DNA of 64,000 nt from Batkoa obscura (taxonomy: Eukaryota): NCBI GenBank assembly GCA_030770535.1, contig JASVEC010000003.1, positions 1,364,001-1,428,000 of the forward strand, read 5' to 3'. Every line of letters begins with the position of its first letter. Positions within the stretch are counted from its first letter, which is position 1. This document shows, piece after piece, positions 1-12,961 of this stretch. The position numbers were made by a program, and so were the translations under genes. Below the pieces are notes generated by a model, which ran no database searches, was not told the DNA's origin, and worked only from the letters and a program-made list of their open reading frames with translations.

Positions 1-654
1 CTCCTAAATAATACAATTCATCCCCAATAATAAAACATTTGCCATTACTTGCTGGTGGTAATAACGTATTTGCTTTATATAACACTATATTAAATAATAA
101 AAACAATAAAAACATTTGGGAGTATAGATAAGGGTTCGTTTATTTTATGTATTAATTAGATTACTCCTTATTAATTAATAACAAAAACTATTCTATTTAA
201 GAACACTATTTAATTATTTAATTTATCAACACGAACAATTGTTTTTGGGTTAATTTTTAATCTTTTTGTATCGAAAAAACCCTTCCAGCTTAATGAAGAA
301 CTAGCAATAGTTTTCCTCTTCATAACATACAACTAACACTTAGCCCTATATAGTTGAAAGTTCTGGAAGGTGTGTTATTTATAGTGGTCTGATATTCTTT
401 CTGTGAAAGATACGCTTTAAATATTTTGACTATAATAAAGTCAATGTATAATTTAAGAGAAAAACATAAAGTTATACACAGTAAAAAAAGCTAACATCTC
501 TAATATGAACACTCTATTTATATAGTCTGTATATTTGCAACCATTAGATCGCTATATTATATTTAATGATATGAGTTGATATTACACCAGCAGTTCAATA
601 AACTGGATTTCTGTTAAATTCCCACTCGTAATAGTAAAAAGCATTGCTAGATAT

Positions 655-746
655 GAGGGTGTTTTTTTAGCTTTATCACTTTTTCCATCTTTTAAGTGCT
701 GTTTGAGTGGAAAGATTGTTAGTAAAATTCTAAAAAAATACATCCC
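655..746 (-). mobile_element. ~98 bp MITE (Sola2-like family), copy 1
   Basis: GAGGGTGT...ACATCCC termini, ATAT on both flanks; reverse complement of the repeat at 16571 and 28503. Confidence 0.85.
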
Positions 747-1252
747 ATATTTAGCTTTGGATATTTAATAAAATAGCTAAAATACTTACAGCTATACTGT
801 TAATACGCTACTACAATAAGAGTAGTTATAAGCTAGGTACATGCATTATTTAATAAATACAAAAAAATGAACTAAATGATACCAAAGTATAATAGGCTTT
901 TGGCAGAAAGATGTATATAGTCCTTAATGATATGCAAAATTATTCATTAATTTATATATGATAAATTTATTCTCATAAGATAAATAGTATCAACACTAAT
1001 AACATTAGTAATTGGATAATAATTTAACACAACAAATTTATTGGGTAAAATAGTCCAGAGTTTAACATTGAAATAGTATCAAATTTATTGTAACTACTTG
1101 TCAGTACCCAGATTATACTACTAATTATAATATAATAAGTCTTAATTGGTTTATGCGAACTTTAATATAATATCAAGAATATAATGTATATTTTTAAGAG
1201 AACATATAAATAATTATAAGCTCCAAATACCATTTGCCTTTCTTTTTTCAAA

Positions 1253-2698
1253 ATGAAATTTATACTTTTATTTCAGTTATTTATTTATCTTACTCTTTCA
1301 TTCTCACCAAGAGCTAATAATGGTGGTTGTATTATACTTGAGGATCGATTATATTATTTAGGTGGACTTACTCGATTTATAAATTTAGATTTCTTGTTTG
1401 ACAATAAGGAAGTGTTTGAATTGAACTTAAAAAAGGGAGTTAACTTAATTGGTAACGTAGCTGAAGGATGGGAAAGAAGCAATGTAACCAATTCGCCAGA
1501 TGGTATATATGATCCAGGACTATTTTATATTAACAAATATAATAATGCTAAGGATGTAATAATGGGCTATTATATTGATCAAAAAACCATGATTCCAATG
1601 TTTAATTTTTACAATATTAAAGAAAAAGCATGGTTTAATAAAAGTGTTTTTAATGAAGTATTTGATGCATCAAACACAAAGTGCAATGATTTTAAAAAAT
1701 GTATTGTAACTCATTATATATCACAAAAGGAAACTAATTCAAACCAATTTTATATCTCTGGCTCAATTTATAACAAAGATTTAAAGAAACGATATTCACT
1801 TGATTTAAAGTTGTTTGACATTCAAGCTAAAACCATAGCTACTGTTTATCAATTAAAAAATAATTCATATATACGCCAGGCAGATATTAAACACAACAAG
1901 TTGTATTATTTCAACGAATATCCAGACAATGAATATCTAGATACTGATTTTAGTACGCTATATGAGTTAGATTTAACTACAACTAAAATTAAAGAACATC
2001 GTGTCAACTTTAAGCGCTATTTCTCAATGCAGTTTATAAAATCAAACTCTTCTATCTATTTCACTGGTACTAATTTTGATAACCATGAGGAGGAATTAGT
2101 TCATATTTATGAATTAAAAACTAACCCATTTTCATTTAAAAGGATCAAATTAAGGTTACCTTTTAACAACTTTGGGTGCTTTAATTATTATAACAATTAT
2201 TTAATTAATACCTTTGGTATTTTAAGCGTATTTACCAAAGGTGGTACTAGTTCTGAAACTACTGATAAATCTCAATTCATTAATGTAAAGAATTGGGAGC
2301 AAGTTGATGGCTTGCCTTCATTTATAATTAATGATGAAAACTCAGCTAATCAAGATAGTAACAAAGAAATAAGTGAAGTAAAAAACAACAGTAATAGTAA
2401 CTATAGCAATAGTGGGTTATTAATAAGCAGTATTGTCGGTGGAGTTATTGGGTTTGTTTTAATAGCATCGATAGTAATATTTATAGTGTATAAATACAAA
2501 TCAAAGAAGCAAAGACCTCCAGGCATGATTATGAATCCTATTATTATTAAACCGATCAATCCATTAGATGCAAATAACAACTATTACAATGCAGATATAT
2601 TTAGTCACTCACATGAACTTGATGACACAATTCATCTAATACCTGAAAAGTCGCATAGTAAAGATGCAAGATGGATGAATATGCTTCTTGAGAAATAA
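1253..2698 (+). CDS. Type I membrane protein with signal peptide, Kelch-like beta-propeller ectodomain and a single TM helix
   Basis: 481-aa ORF; hydrophobic N-terminus; Kelch-like start (FSPR..GGC....RLYYLGG); TM IVGGVIGFVLIASIVIFIVY followed by KYKSKK. Confidence 0.75.
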   Translation: MKFILLFQLFIYLTLSFSPRANNGGCIILEDRLYYLGGLTRFINLDFLFDNKEVFELNLKKGVNLIGNVAEGWERSNVTNSPDGIYDPGLFYINKYNNAKDVIMGYYIDQKTMIPMFNFYNIKEKAWFNKSVFNEVFDASNTKCNDFKKCIVTHYISQKETNSNQFYISGSIYNKDLKKRYSLDLKLFDIQAKTIATVYQLKNNSYIRQADIKHNKLYYFNEYPDNEYLDTDFSTLYELDLTTTKIKEHRVNFKRYFSMQFIKSNSSIYFTGTNFDNHEEELVHIYELKTNPFSFKRIKLRLPFNNFGCFNYYNNYLINTFGILSVFTKGGTSSETTDKSQFINVKNWEQVDGLPSFIINDENSANQDSNKEISEVKNNSNSNYSNSGLLISSIVGGVIGFVLIASIVIFIVYKYKSKKQRPPGMIMNPIIIKPINPLDANNNYYNADIFSHSHELDDTIHLIPEKSHSKDARWMNMLLEK

Positions 2699-3408
2699 AA
2701 CTAAACGAATTACTTCAACATTTTTTAATTACATATCTGTATTTAAAGTAACTTGTTTTATAAGTTGAAATTGAAACTATTAAATTTCAATTAAAAATAT
2801 TGGACTATGAGTTTTATAAATTTATTACAAAACTCATAATAAATAAGGGCTGTCAAAAATTCAACTTAGAATAAACTAGCTTATATCCATCCTTACAATA
2901 AATAAAAATTTAAATATTAGATTGTTTATTAAATCGTGTTAAAAATACACTGAATAAACATTAATACAAAAATAAATGTCAAATTGGAAACAGTGTTAAT
3001 TAACATTAGTTGAATTATTTTAAAATATGCGATGTAATCAATTTAAAAACCCATTATATAATTTTAACTAAATCGAAAGTTTGTTCTACTTTAAAATGGG
3101 TTTGATGTTTTATAACCACCATTAAAAAACTGATATCAGGTCTTCTACCACTAGTGTCTAATAATCAATTAGATATCTTATAACTTTAAAAGAACTGAGG
3201 CTAAAATTAAGATGTTAGCTTAAAGGCTATAATTGGATAGTATTAAAAAATGGAAATCTGCTATTGCATAAAATCAACTGCTTCTTATTAAGGGCTAACT
3301 ACTATAAACTATATTCTAATTTATTTGAATAGCTTCATCGCTTTTTTTGAGAATATAAAAACAACATCCTCATTTATAAAGCTAACAATAAGCAAATGAG
3401 TGAAAAAT

Positions 3409-3735
3409 TGTTACGACTCGTCCAGATTCTTAAAACCTCGAGAAACCCTAAGGTGCTTTAGTAGCCAATAATATTAAAGTAAATAGTGAATAAACGGGGT
3501 GTAGATTACAAAGCAAATGCCTTTCACTTGTTTTGATTAGGAAATTAACATGCTTGTATTGACTTTTTATTGTGTTGTACTAAATCAAGGACTAAAAACT
3601 GATACCAAAACAATAGATTAAGATTACTATTACTTTTTATTTAACTATCTAGAGTCCTTGAGATTAAATGCTTATTGGACTATGAAAATAAAACATGGTC
3701 AACCCAATTAGATCTTTGATTAAGGATCCGTAACT
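3409..3735 (-). mobile_element. Possible LTR (second family) with adjacent polypurine tract
   Basis: TGTTACGA...CCGTAACT imperfect inverted ends; a pyrimidine run starts at 3736 (PPT-like on the minus strand); single copy in window. Confidence 0.35.
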
Positions 3736-4933
3736 CCCTTTCGTTCTTCCTACCTTTTCTCTTTTTGCTAAGCTCTCTTTGATTTCTCTTCATAAATGAG
3801 TCATACCGTCGTCTTCTGATATTTAATAGAAAAAAGATACATTAATAAAGAATTATAATATAGTCTAATATAATATAACATAATATGGTACACTCGAATT
3901 TAGCTGATTCTGCAATGAATTTATTTAAATATTACAAACGAACACTTTGTTCTGTGTCCCAATTCTATTTTTAATAAAAATATTTAAAACTAAAGTTTGA
4001 TCGCTTATCAGTAAGAATAACACAGGTACTTATACCATAGAGGCTTTTATATAAAGGGTAACTAAAGAAATAGTACTTTTTGTTGGGGCTATATAAATGT
4101 AGTACTAAGGTGATAACATAACCTATTCCAAAATACCCTAATTTTTTATCACCTCATCTAAGTAGTTTTCTAACACTTTTTAATTTACATTAAAAGTATT
4201 ATTTTAAGAAAAATAAGTAGAGCCATTTTGAATTGGGGTTATGGAAAAGTGTTTTTATAGTGGTAACATAGGTTATTCTATTATAATGTCACCTTTTTAC
4301 CACTTAAACTAAGCAATTACATAGCTTTTTCTAATTAAGATCGGTCTGACTATTATATATCCGATAAATTTATGTGGCATCTTAAAAACTGCTATATTTT
4401 TAATTGAAGTCATCATAACATTCATTGGTTTGATATTTTATTGCTTTTTTCTTTAATATAGAAGTTACTTATTTTAATTAAATATTTATAGTTGAATATT
4501 CAAGTATAGTAATCTAGGTTTTGGTTTTTCTTTTAAATATTAAATACTAAGAGTATAAAAAAGGATGTAAATTCACCCAGTTTGGACTATCATAGACTAA
4601 AACAGGAGATGATTAACCTGGATGTCTTCTTATAGTCTAGAAGCTTCTTCATACTACATATGTCTTTTCTTTTACATTCCTAGTCATATTCATTTTTTGT
4701 TGCTATTTTCTTATATCAACAAAATACTTGTTAATCATTGGCTCTTTCAAAACAATAAAAAATAGAATGTTGATAGTCTAGAAAAATAATTCTAGTTTAA
4801 ACCAAAAATAAAGTTAAAATTGCCAAACATAAGGAAGTCCTAACTAAATTACCAAATATGGTATTCTAAGAAACCAAGGTAACTTAGAAGCTTATAAATA
4901 ATAGCACAATTCTCTAGAATTATGTTTTTATAA

Positions 4934-6196
4934 ATGAATAAAAATATAAAATATAAAAATATAAAATGGAGAGTAAAGGTATTAGATATAGCTACAATCC
5001 CTGCAAACGAAATAGATCAACCTAAAGATGACCTACCAATTGATTCCCCGGTTAAAGTCAACTGTCTAAATAGAAAATTGACTAAAGATGAAATATTAGA
5101 AATGAAGATATTAAGTCTGAGAGACGGCAACTTTGTCAACTTTAATTCCGATAACATTCATATATTGTTAGATCCTGATATTTCTGACATTTCACCTGAT
5201 AACTTACTTCCTGAATATCATCAAAACAATGACTACTTAAAGGAGGATTTTAGAAATAAATTCAAAGATAATAGTGAATCAATTTTTAAAGAATATAAGT
5301 TAGCTTCAAAAGATCATAATCAATTTAGTAGCAATAGTCATGGTTCCAACGATCAAAACAATGGAATAAGGAAAAGAGGCCATAGTGAAGTTAGTGATGA
5401 CGATAACATTAGTTTGTGTAACTCTTTTGATCAATTGGCTAAACAAATGCTAAAGCGAGAGACACTGCTATATCAAAGTTATTTTGAATCAAAAGAAGCT
5501 GACTTTAACCAGAGTTTAGTTCTAGAGTCAAATATGAGTGATCCATATAGTCAAGATTTAGCTCTAGAATCTAGTTTAAATGATTCATATAACCAAACTA
5601 TATGTAATGATTATAGATCTTATTCTATCCCTTTAAGTAACTCAATAAATAATAATATGGCGACTGATGGTCGAAACCCCATTTCAGTGAATGAAGGTGA
5701 TGAGCTACAAGTATCCAAGCCTTTATACTACGACGATCAAGGGCCTATACAGGAATTAAAGCATCAGAATGAACGATTAGATTTAGATGCTGAATTTTCA
5801 TTTGAAAATTTAAGCCAAGAGGAAGAACAAAACATCATCCCAGCCATTCATTCTAGATATAACACCTCTTATCAAAATTATCAACTACCAAACAGCGAGC
5901 TAATATTTGATTTTTTTTATATAAATCATTTAACACTATCAACAATTATTACTTTAAAGGAAGTAAACTATTTATTATGTATTAATGCAGATATAATTCA
6001 ACGACTCTTGTTAAACTGTATGGCTTATGCAACGTTACATTATTTAAAAAGGGATTTGAATCTCATCATATATCACAAACAACAAATCAAAGTTCTTTTA
6101 ATCTATATAGCGCAAAATTGTCTTTATAATATCAACCTAAGATACTATAATATCTCTATCAATATTCTAACAATGTCCAATTTTTTTAGTGAATAA
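4934..6196 (+). CDS. Hypothetical protein; C-terminus weakly resembles a fungal transcription-factor middle homology region
   Basis: 420-aa ORF in very AT-rich DNA; shares blocks with the 7863-8681 protein. Confidence 0.6.
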   Translation: MNKNIKYKNIKWRVKVLDIATIPANEIDQPKDDLPIDSPVKVNCLNRKLTKDEILEMKILSLRDGNFVNFNSDNIHILLDPDISDISPDNLLPEYHQNNDYLKEDFRNKFKDNSESIFKEYKLASKDHNQFSSNSHGSNDQNNGIRKRGHSEVSDDDNISLCNSFDQLAKQMLKRETLLYQSYFESKEADFNQSLVLESNMSDPYSQDLALESSLNDSYNQTICNDYRSYSIPLSNSINNNMATDGRNPISVNEGDELQVSKPLYYDDQGPIQELKHQNERLDLDAEFSFENLSQEEEQNIIPAIHSRYNTSYQNYQLPNSELIFDFFYINHLTLSTIITLKEVNYLLCINADIIQRLLLNCMAYATLHYLKRDLNLIIYHKQQIKVLLIYIAQNCLYNINLRYYNISINILTMSNFFSE

Positions 6197-7358
6197 ATAA
6201 TACTTTCTTTATCTTCGATTATTAATATAGTATATTTTAACTAAGATGTGCTTTTTTCTAATTTTGAAATAAGTTACAAGTATCAATTCACTCAATTAAA
6301 GTAATATAAATACTTAAATTGCGGTAAGATATTGTTTACTAGCTTAAATCTGTTATTTATACAAATATTCTGCATAAAATAATTTTAAATGAGAACTAAA
6401 ATTATTTGTTTCTAGACTATTACAATAACCTTTTTTTACATATTATCATTTGTTTAGTAAAGATGTACAATGAGCATGCTATTCAATTAAGACATCTCAA
6501 ATATATTTGACTCATAAGTAATACCGTTTAAACAGTTGATGTAAATTGAGTCTATAAAAAATACAATTAAGAGTCAATAATATTAGATGATTACAATCTA
6601 TAGATATCACTTTTATTTACAAAATTATCAGCCCTTTTAAAATCTTGGACCCTTTCGGTCATATTTTTACTAGTTTAAGCACTATAATAAACAAAATTAG
6701 GCGTTTAGAAAAAGATTATGAGTATAATATTGATTATGATCTTTGATAATTTTTGGAAAAAACAAATTCCAATCGAAAAAATTACAACTGAATTAAAAAA
6801 GCAGCTGCTAAAATTTTGAAGGAATTGGTGACTATTAACCAGTATCTAAATTAAAATACTATAGTAAACATTGTTTAAAAATGTAATTTATGCATTAATA
6901 TTAGTGTATTATTAGCACCGATGCTGGTGTTAGGCTAGTGTTAATATTACTCCGAGCATTAAATTATCGTTAGTATTGATGTTAGTGTCAGCATTGTATT
7001 GGATTAGTGTCTAGTTAGGGGTTTTATTCACTAAAATTTATTTCTTTATCAAAAAATTTAAAGGGAAATAAACGCCATTCAATGGTGTATCCCTATCAAA
7101 AAAAACCTTACAATATTACTAGTATTAAAGTATTTGATAATTCAAAGACATTTTCTATCTAAAGAAGATAGCCATCAAAAGTATAGATTAGAAAACAAAT
7201 TAGCTCCTACTTTTACAATGGTATTAATAAATTCTAAATCCCTTTTTGCTTTCTTTTTTTGCTTCAGGCATAAACTAAGGTTGACTTTGCTAACATTCTA
7301 TGGCTTAGTAAGATTATTTATCATTTTTAAAAAAGTCACCCTATTTTCACTGTTATTT

Positions 7359-7457
7359 AGGGATGTATTTTTTTGTTTAAGAATTTTACTAATAATCTTT
7401 CCGCTCAAATAGCGCTTAAAAAATGTAAAAAGTGATAAAACTAAAAAGAACATCCTC
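7359..7457 (+). mobile_element. ~98 bp MITE copy
   Basis: Matches the family; ATTT on both flanks. Confidence 0.85.
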
Positions 7458-7862
7458 ATTTATCGGTAGAGATAATCAGCATATTGAATTAAATCATTAA
7501 AAAATAATATGGAAATGTCTTTTTCGGTTTCATTTATCTATTCATCTTTCATTAAATAAAAATTCAAAAAACATTAGTAAACACTAAACCAAAAAAGATA
7601 TTCACATATGTAACTTTGTAAAAAATAATTAAAAGCCATCTTATAAAAAAAATATTTGAGAAAATTTAATTATTATATAAAAAAGGACTAAATAATATAG
7701 ATAAGTCAAGGGGATGTAAAAGCAGGTAGACAAAGAAGGCAGATAAACAACTAATAAGAAGTTATGTTTGATATATATTAGTACACTTAGTTGAGGAAAG
7801 TTCTTAATAATCTCTTAAATAATGGAAATAACTAGTATCAGTTAATTAAAACCTTAATGAAT

Positions 7863-8681
7863 TTATAAATCAAACTCAGTATCTAAATCCAATAATGGTT
7901 GGGATACTTCTGTATTCGCTAATGAGGATAGGCTACCATTGTAATCTCCATCATTCACTCCAACGTTTGTATAGTTCCCATAATTATTCATGCTTGGTAA
8001 AATCAGTGAATCTGCAAATGATAAATTGTTTTTACATATACTGGTACTAGCTGAGGTTTCATCTTTAACCAAATGGTTTATACTATCAAATGTACTAACA
8101 TGCCCATTTTCCATTGATTCAAAGTAATTACGATACCGCCTATTTTCCATTTCCAATAATTTTTTAAACTCTAAATTTGAATAATCTAAATTTGAATTGT
8201 TATAGCCGTCCTCCCTAGTCATCATATGATAGCCTTCATTTGCTACATGTTCGTCACTTACTATGCTTTGAGTAGTTGCTACTTTATTAATAGAGCCAAA
8301 ACAAATATTCTCGTCCAAAGTGCTTTGATATTCATTGTTACTTTTTTGGTTACTCATGGAATTGTTATACATAGTCTCTGCCCCTTCATATTGATTTGAA
8401 GGATAACATACATCATTTTCTACGTTATTGTTTGTATACGAATAAGCATGGTTGAACTGAACATGAATAAAATTTCCACTCCTTGATTCTTCTACATTCT
8501 TTTTAGTCTTTGCTCCTAATTTTGATTTCTTTGCTATTTTGTTGAAAACTCTAGACATTGCAATACATTCCTTTATACCCTTGTATTTACTGAAATATAG
8601 TTTACAAGGTTCATTAACTCTTCTCATTTGAATCATATTTATACTACTATTTATTTCAATAATTCCTACTCTAAACTCCAT
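7863..8681 (-). CDS. Hypothetical protein, diverged paralog of 4934-6196
   Basis: 272-aa ORF from ATG; shared blocks FRVGIIEI/WRVKVLDI, YRNYFESME/YQSYFESKE, LDLDTEF/LDLDAEF. Confidence 0.6.
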   Translation of the reverse strand: MEFRVGIIEINSSINMIQMRRVNEPCKLYFSKYKGIKECIAMSRVFNKIAKKSKLGAKTKKNVEESRSGNFIHVQFNHAYSYTNNNVENDVCYPSNQYEGAETMYNNSMSNQKSNNEYQSTLDENICFGSINKVATTQSIVSDEHVANEGYHMMTREDGYNNSNLDYSNLEFKKLLEMENRRYRNYFESMENGHVSTFDSINHLVKDETSASTSICKNNLSFADSLILPSMNNYGNYTNVGVNDGDYNGSLSSLANTEVSQPLLDLDTEFDL

Positions 8682-9459
8682 CAATTTATTTCCTTTTTAT
8701 ACAAATTCAAATTTCTTTGCCATAAAACTCATCTTCTCTAATTACCAAAAATAGATTTGAAAATTCATTGATCTGAAAGTTCTTTTACTTTAAGCACATT
8801 TGACTGCTGAGCTACGGCGAAACTTAGATAGACATATATAGCTATATTTTATTCTTGAAATGTGATTCTTTATTTAAGTACTCTAAATTTATAATCCACT
8901 GGTTTATTACCGCATTGATTGATGCCATAATGTACATGAGACCACTAAACTGTGCTGATTTATATGTGGTAATTTACCTATATATGCCTGCCTGTTTCTT
9001 TATTTAAGACCCAATTTATTAACTCAATTTACCCACTAAGTTTGGTAAACCTTAGATTAAAATTTAATATCAATAGCATTAACGGGTATTTAATTTAAAA
9101 CGAGTTAAATTACTCATTTAATGGTACTAATAAAAACAAACTAGCTTTATCATGATAAACAAACTATAAGAAGTAGCTATTTTAATATGTAGAGTTGATA
9201 AATTTTATTTAAGATGTAAAAATTATTCAACTATTAGCAGGTAAGTAATAAATCTTATTCATATAGAATTAATTATTTTTAGTTATTGTACCTAAAAGAG
9301 CGGAATTAATCATTGTAACATACTATAATTTGCTTTATAAACCATAATAAATTATTTTGAAACACCTAAAATGTATAACTTTGATTAAATACATGAACTG
9401 TTCTATAAAGTAAACCTTTAAAGTATAATATTTGTTTGGGGTTTTCTATTTTAAAATAT

Positions 9460-9556
9460 GAGGGTGTACTTTTGTGTTTAAGAATTTTACTAACAATTTT
9501 CCCACTCAAATAGCACTTAAGATGGAAAAAGTGATGAAGTCAAAAAAAACATACCC
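9460..9556 (+). mobile_element. ~98 bp MITE copy
   Basis: Matches the family; flanks ATAT/AAAT. Confidence 0.8.
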
Positions 9557-10468
9557 AAATACTACTTTCAACTCAGATATACAAATTGTATTTTTTAATA
9601 AATGTATTGATATTGTGAAATTTTCAATTGTATTTAAAAAAAGGGCATTTGTAATGTGTATTTAATTTAAGAAAGGTAAGTCAGCGAACAATTTAATATA
9701 TCGTTTGCATTTTAATGTTATATTTAAGCAATTTATTTATTTGTTTAGCATTATTGGTAAATTCCATAATATCAAACTCAAAGCTTTATGTTAAAAAATT
9801 AAGGTAAAATAATTAATTTAAGGTTACAACTCCTTTATTATTTTTGCATATTATATATCTAGTGTAGATAAAGCCTTAACTAAAAGGGTTAAAAAATATG
9901 ATGTTAAAATGGTGAAATTAAAATAGGACAGCTACTTTACCTAGTTTTAAAATACTGCACCACCTATAATTTAAACCTCAATATTATGTTTATCTCTTAT
10001 CTGTTTGAATATATATAGCGTTGGTGATTTAGTTCATCTCTTATAGACTTTTAGTGGAAAGCTGTTTAAGTAGAAAATAAACCTGGTCTGTTAAGTATCA
10101 TATTTTTAATGGCAAAGTTTTAAATCCTTTTCTAAATAACCTACCTTTATTTACTCATCTATTATACTAATAATTTATATTAAATTAGCAGGGTCTAAAA
10201 ATTTCTTAACGATTACTATTTATAAAGCACTATAAGATTTAATAAACTCATATAAAGTGTATTAATTAGCACAAATGTCAACAGTCTTGAACTATAAATA
10301 ATTTTTTTATACAATACTAAACATATGTTGCGTGTTTTCGATAATAGAATTTTAAAAAAAGAAGCATTTAATGATAACTTGAATCTAGCAACAATATATT
10401 GTATAGTTTCATCAAAACAAGGCATAAATTAATATAATAAGATAATAATTTACTGATTTCATAAATAA

Positions 10469-11045
10469 TCAATGAATATTTCTAACCGCCTTCGAGGCCA
10501 ATAGATTTTCGATGTAATGGTTCAAAACACTTAGCTCCTTTTCTTTGTTTGTAAAACTCTCTTTAACCTGCCTTAAATCATTTAGTTTCCCTATTTAACT
10601 TTAATTTAATTTCTACTATATTTTACTATTATCGAATTACTTCTTAACACTTCTTGATTAGCTATTATCTTCCTACATTATTGTTAATAATTTAATTTAA
10701 GCTCATATCATTCTCTTACTTTATAAGTACTTCTTTCTCCTCAGATAAATTAGGTGGTATTGGAGAGCTGTTTAATGGTGAAAAAAAGCTTGAGTTAAAA
10801 CCATCCATTAATTTGCCTTGCTCCCTACAAGAATTACAAATAAACTGTAAACATGTCCGCTTTAATTAAATAAAGCTAACTTACCTCCAAAACGGTTGAT
10901 ATAAACTTGAAGTGCTCTGTAACTCCTCTTGCATAAAGTTAAGCTCACTATTGGTACTATTCCTTTTTGAATTTCTACTTGTGAATACATCTATATCTTC
11001 TGTATCATCACCAAAATTTATTAATAGCTCTTCTATGGGTTCCAT
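10469..11045 (-). CDS. Short coiled-coil protein (SCOC/Slo1, DUF2205-like), 4 exons
   Basis: Manual splicing over three short GT-AG introns gives MEPIEELL...EEKEVLIKKIIANQEVLRRKLNDLRQVKESFTNKEKELSVLNHYIENLLASKAV*, resembling the SCOC pattern EEK.RLI...VL.QYIENLM. Confidence 0.7.
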
Positions 11046-11857
11046 GATTTTAATAATAAGATAAAGTGGTTTTTTGTTTAATTTTGCTCTCTTTCTTAAA
11101 GTAAAGATTTTGCATATTTTTCTAATTTGTTGAATGTGCTATGTAAGTCAATTTAATTTTGGTCTTTGTAGATTTTTAGTTTACAACTTATGTAAGGTTT
11201 CTTTCTACTATTGTTTTCAATATTCTTTTTGAAATGCTATTTTTAATTTTAAAGTTTAATTTAAATTTAACTATTAAAAGTTATATGATATCAACCTGTA
11301 TTAGTTTATAGCTATTTATTAAAACTACCATCTCCTTTTATTTATAACCTAACTATAAACCCTTTTTCTTTTTCTAATAACCCCTTAAAGCTTGGCTTTT
11401 AATATACAAAATTGATATTATTATACAGTAGTTTTAATAAATCAATTTACTCATTTGGGTCTTAAAGAAATAGAAATTAAACCTACCATAATATACGCTT
11501 ACATATTCATGTTATGTCACTATTAAACAAAGCTTTATACCAATTGTATATTATAATGTTAAGATTACTTTACGTTATTTGCGAAATAAGCTTAATTTTG
11601 ATTTAAGTCATGTATAAAATATACAAATATATAAAGTAGAATAAATTTAGATGAAATTTATTAAAATAAAAAAGATGGAACAGAATAAGATTATAAAACT
11701 CCGACTATAAATCTGCAGTAACTATAGTTTAAAAAACAAGATGATCCATCTTACTAAACACTTAATTTAACTACTAGTTTATATAATAAAGGAAGACAAT
11801 TTATTAATATTATTTTTAAAAAAGATTTGTTAAATTAATTCGTTTTTGATTTGTAAA

Positions 11858-12961
11858 TTATTTTGATGGTGGTGATGGCAATGGCTTAACCTTTGGCGAT
11901 GGTGATAAACTAGATGGAAGGCGAATAGGTGGTGTTGGTAAATGCCTATGCGGAACTGGTGAAGCTCTGATATCTCTTGATGCCAATGGTGGTGTACTAA
12001 GTTGAGAATGTGTGTTTGAGCTGGACGGCATATCATCTATTTTGATTTCTGGAGCTTGATTATTTGGTGAGCCACCTAGAGTTACATCATTGCTTGAAGG
12101 CGACTTAACAGAGCCTTTTGGGGTAGCTATTAATTTGTGATCTAATTCTATTTGCTCTCTTTCTAAATAATAATTTTTATAATGCAAATATCCAACAATA
12201 AATAACAGAACAATAGATAATCCAAATAAAGTATACGAAGTTATATTGACTGCTTTTGCTTTGGCACTTCTTTCAACCTTTAAAAGCGCTAACGTCCCAT
12301 TTAAAACTGCTATAATCCCAATTTGTAATAAATTAAACGCTGTACAAGGTATTACAATAATTTGAAAAGACTCGTTAAAAACAAAGCTCATACAGCCAAT
12401 AATAATTCCTAAAGCAATAGCGCATAGCAATAATACTATCTCAGAAGGCACTATTTTATAAAATAAATTCATTGCTGAAAACCCACCTGCGAATCCTATC
12501 ATCACTGGGCTATACTTTTTGAGACTTTTTACTGTTGTTAAAGATATACCTGATATCAGCGATATTAGTCCAGTGGTCCCTACTATACTCCAAAAAAAAC
12601 TTGTCGCAAATGGTCCGGTTGATTTAACTAAAACATAATATCCTTGAGAACCTATAGCAAACGTTATAGCACCTAAATGGAATTAATTTATTTAGTTTGA
12701 TTTTAGGCTGGTTGAGTTACCAAAGAAATAAGAAGTGGAAATAAACGTAACTAAATTCCTTGCCCTTATATTAGTTATTGCAATAGTTAGTCCAAATATA
12801 GCTCCTAAACCTCCAAATACTATATAAATGATACATGCCCAAACTAGAATAAAAGATTATTAGAAATTGAACTGCATGTAAAGTATATCAAGCTTTTGAA
12901 TTATCTTTGCTCATTTTTACTTACATCCGATATTGGTATAGTAAATATCAAAATTTGCCAT
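11858..12961 (-). CDS. TM7S3/TMEM198-like (DUF4203) multi-pass membrane protein with Pro-rich tail, 3 exons
   Basis: ATG at 12961; two phase-1 introns join in frame to ORF 11858-12505; Gly-rich TM helices (IGFAGGF). Confidence 0.7.

Noticed and set aside
7134..9665. Short hydrophobic or Lys-rich ORFs such as 7134 and 9474 (also 10216, 13602, 18846, 20017, 28884, 40910-41543, 61099)
   Set aside because: Chance ORFs in AT-rich or MITE sequence, many with non-ATG starts and no motifs.
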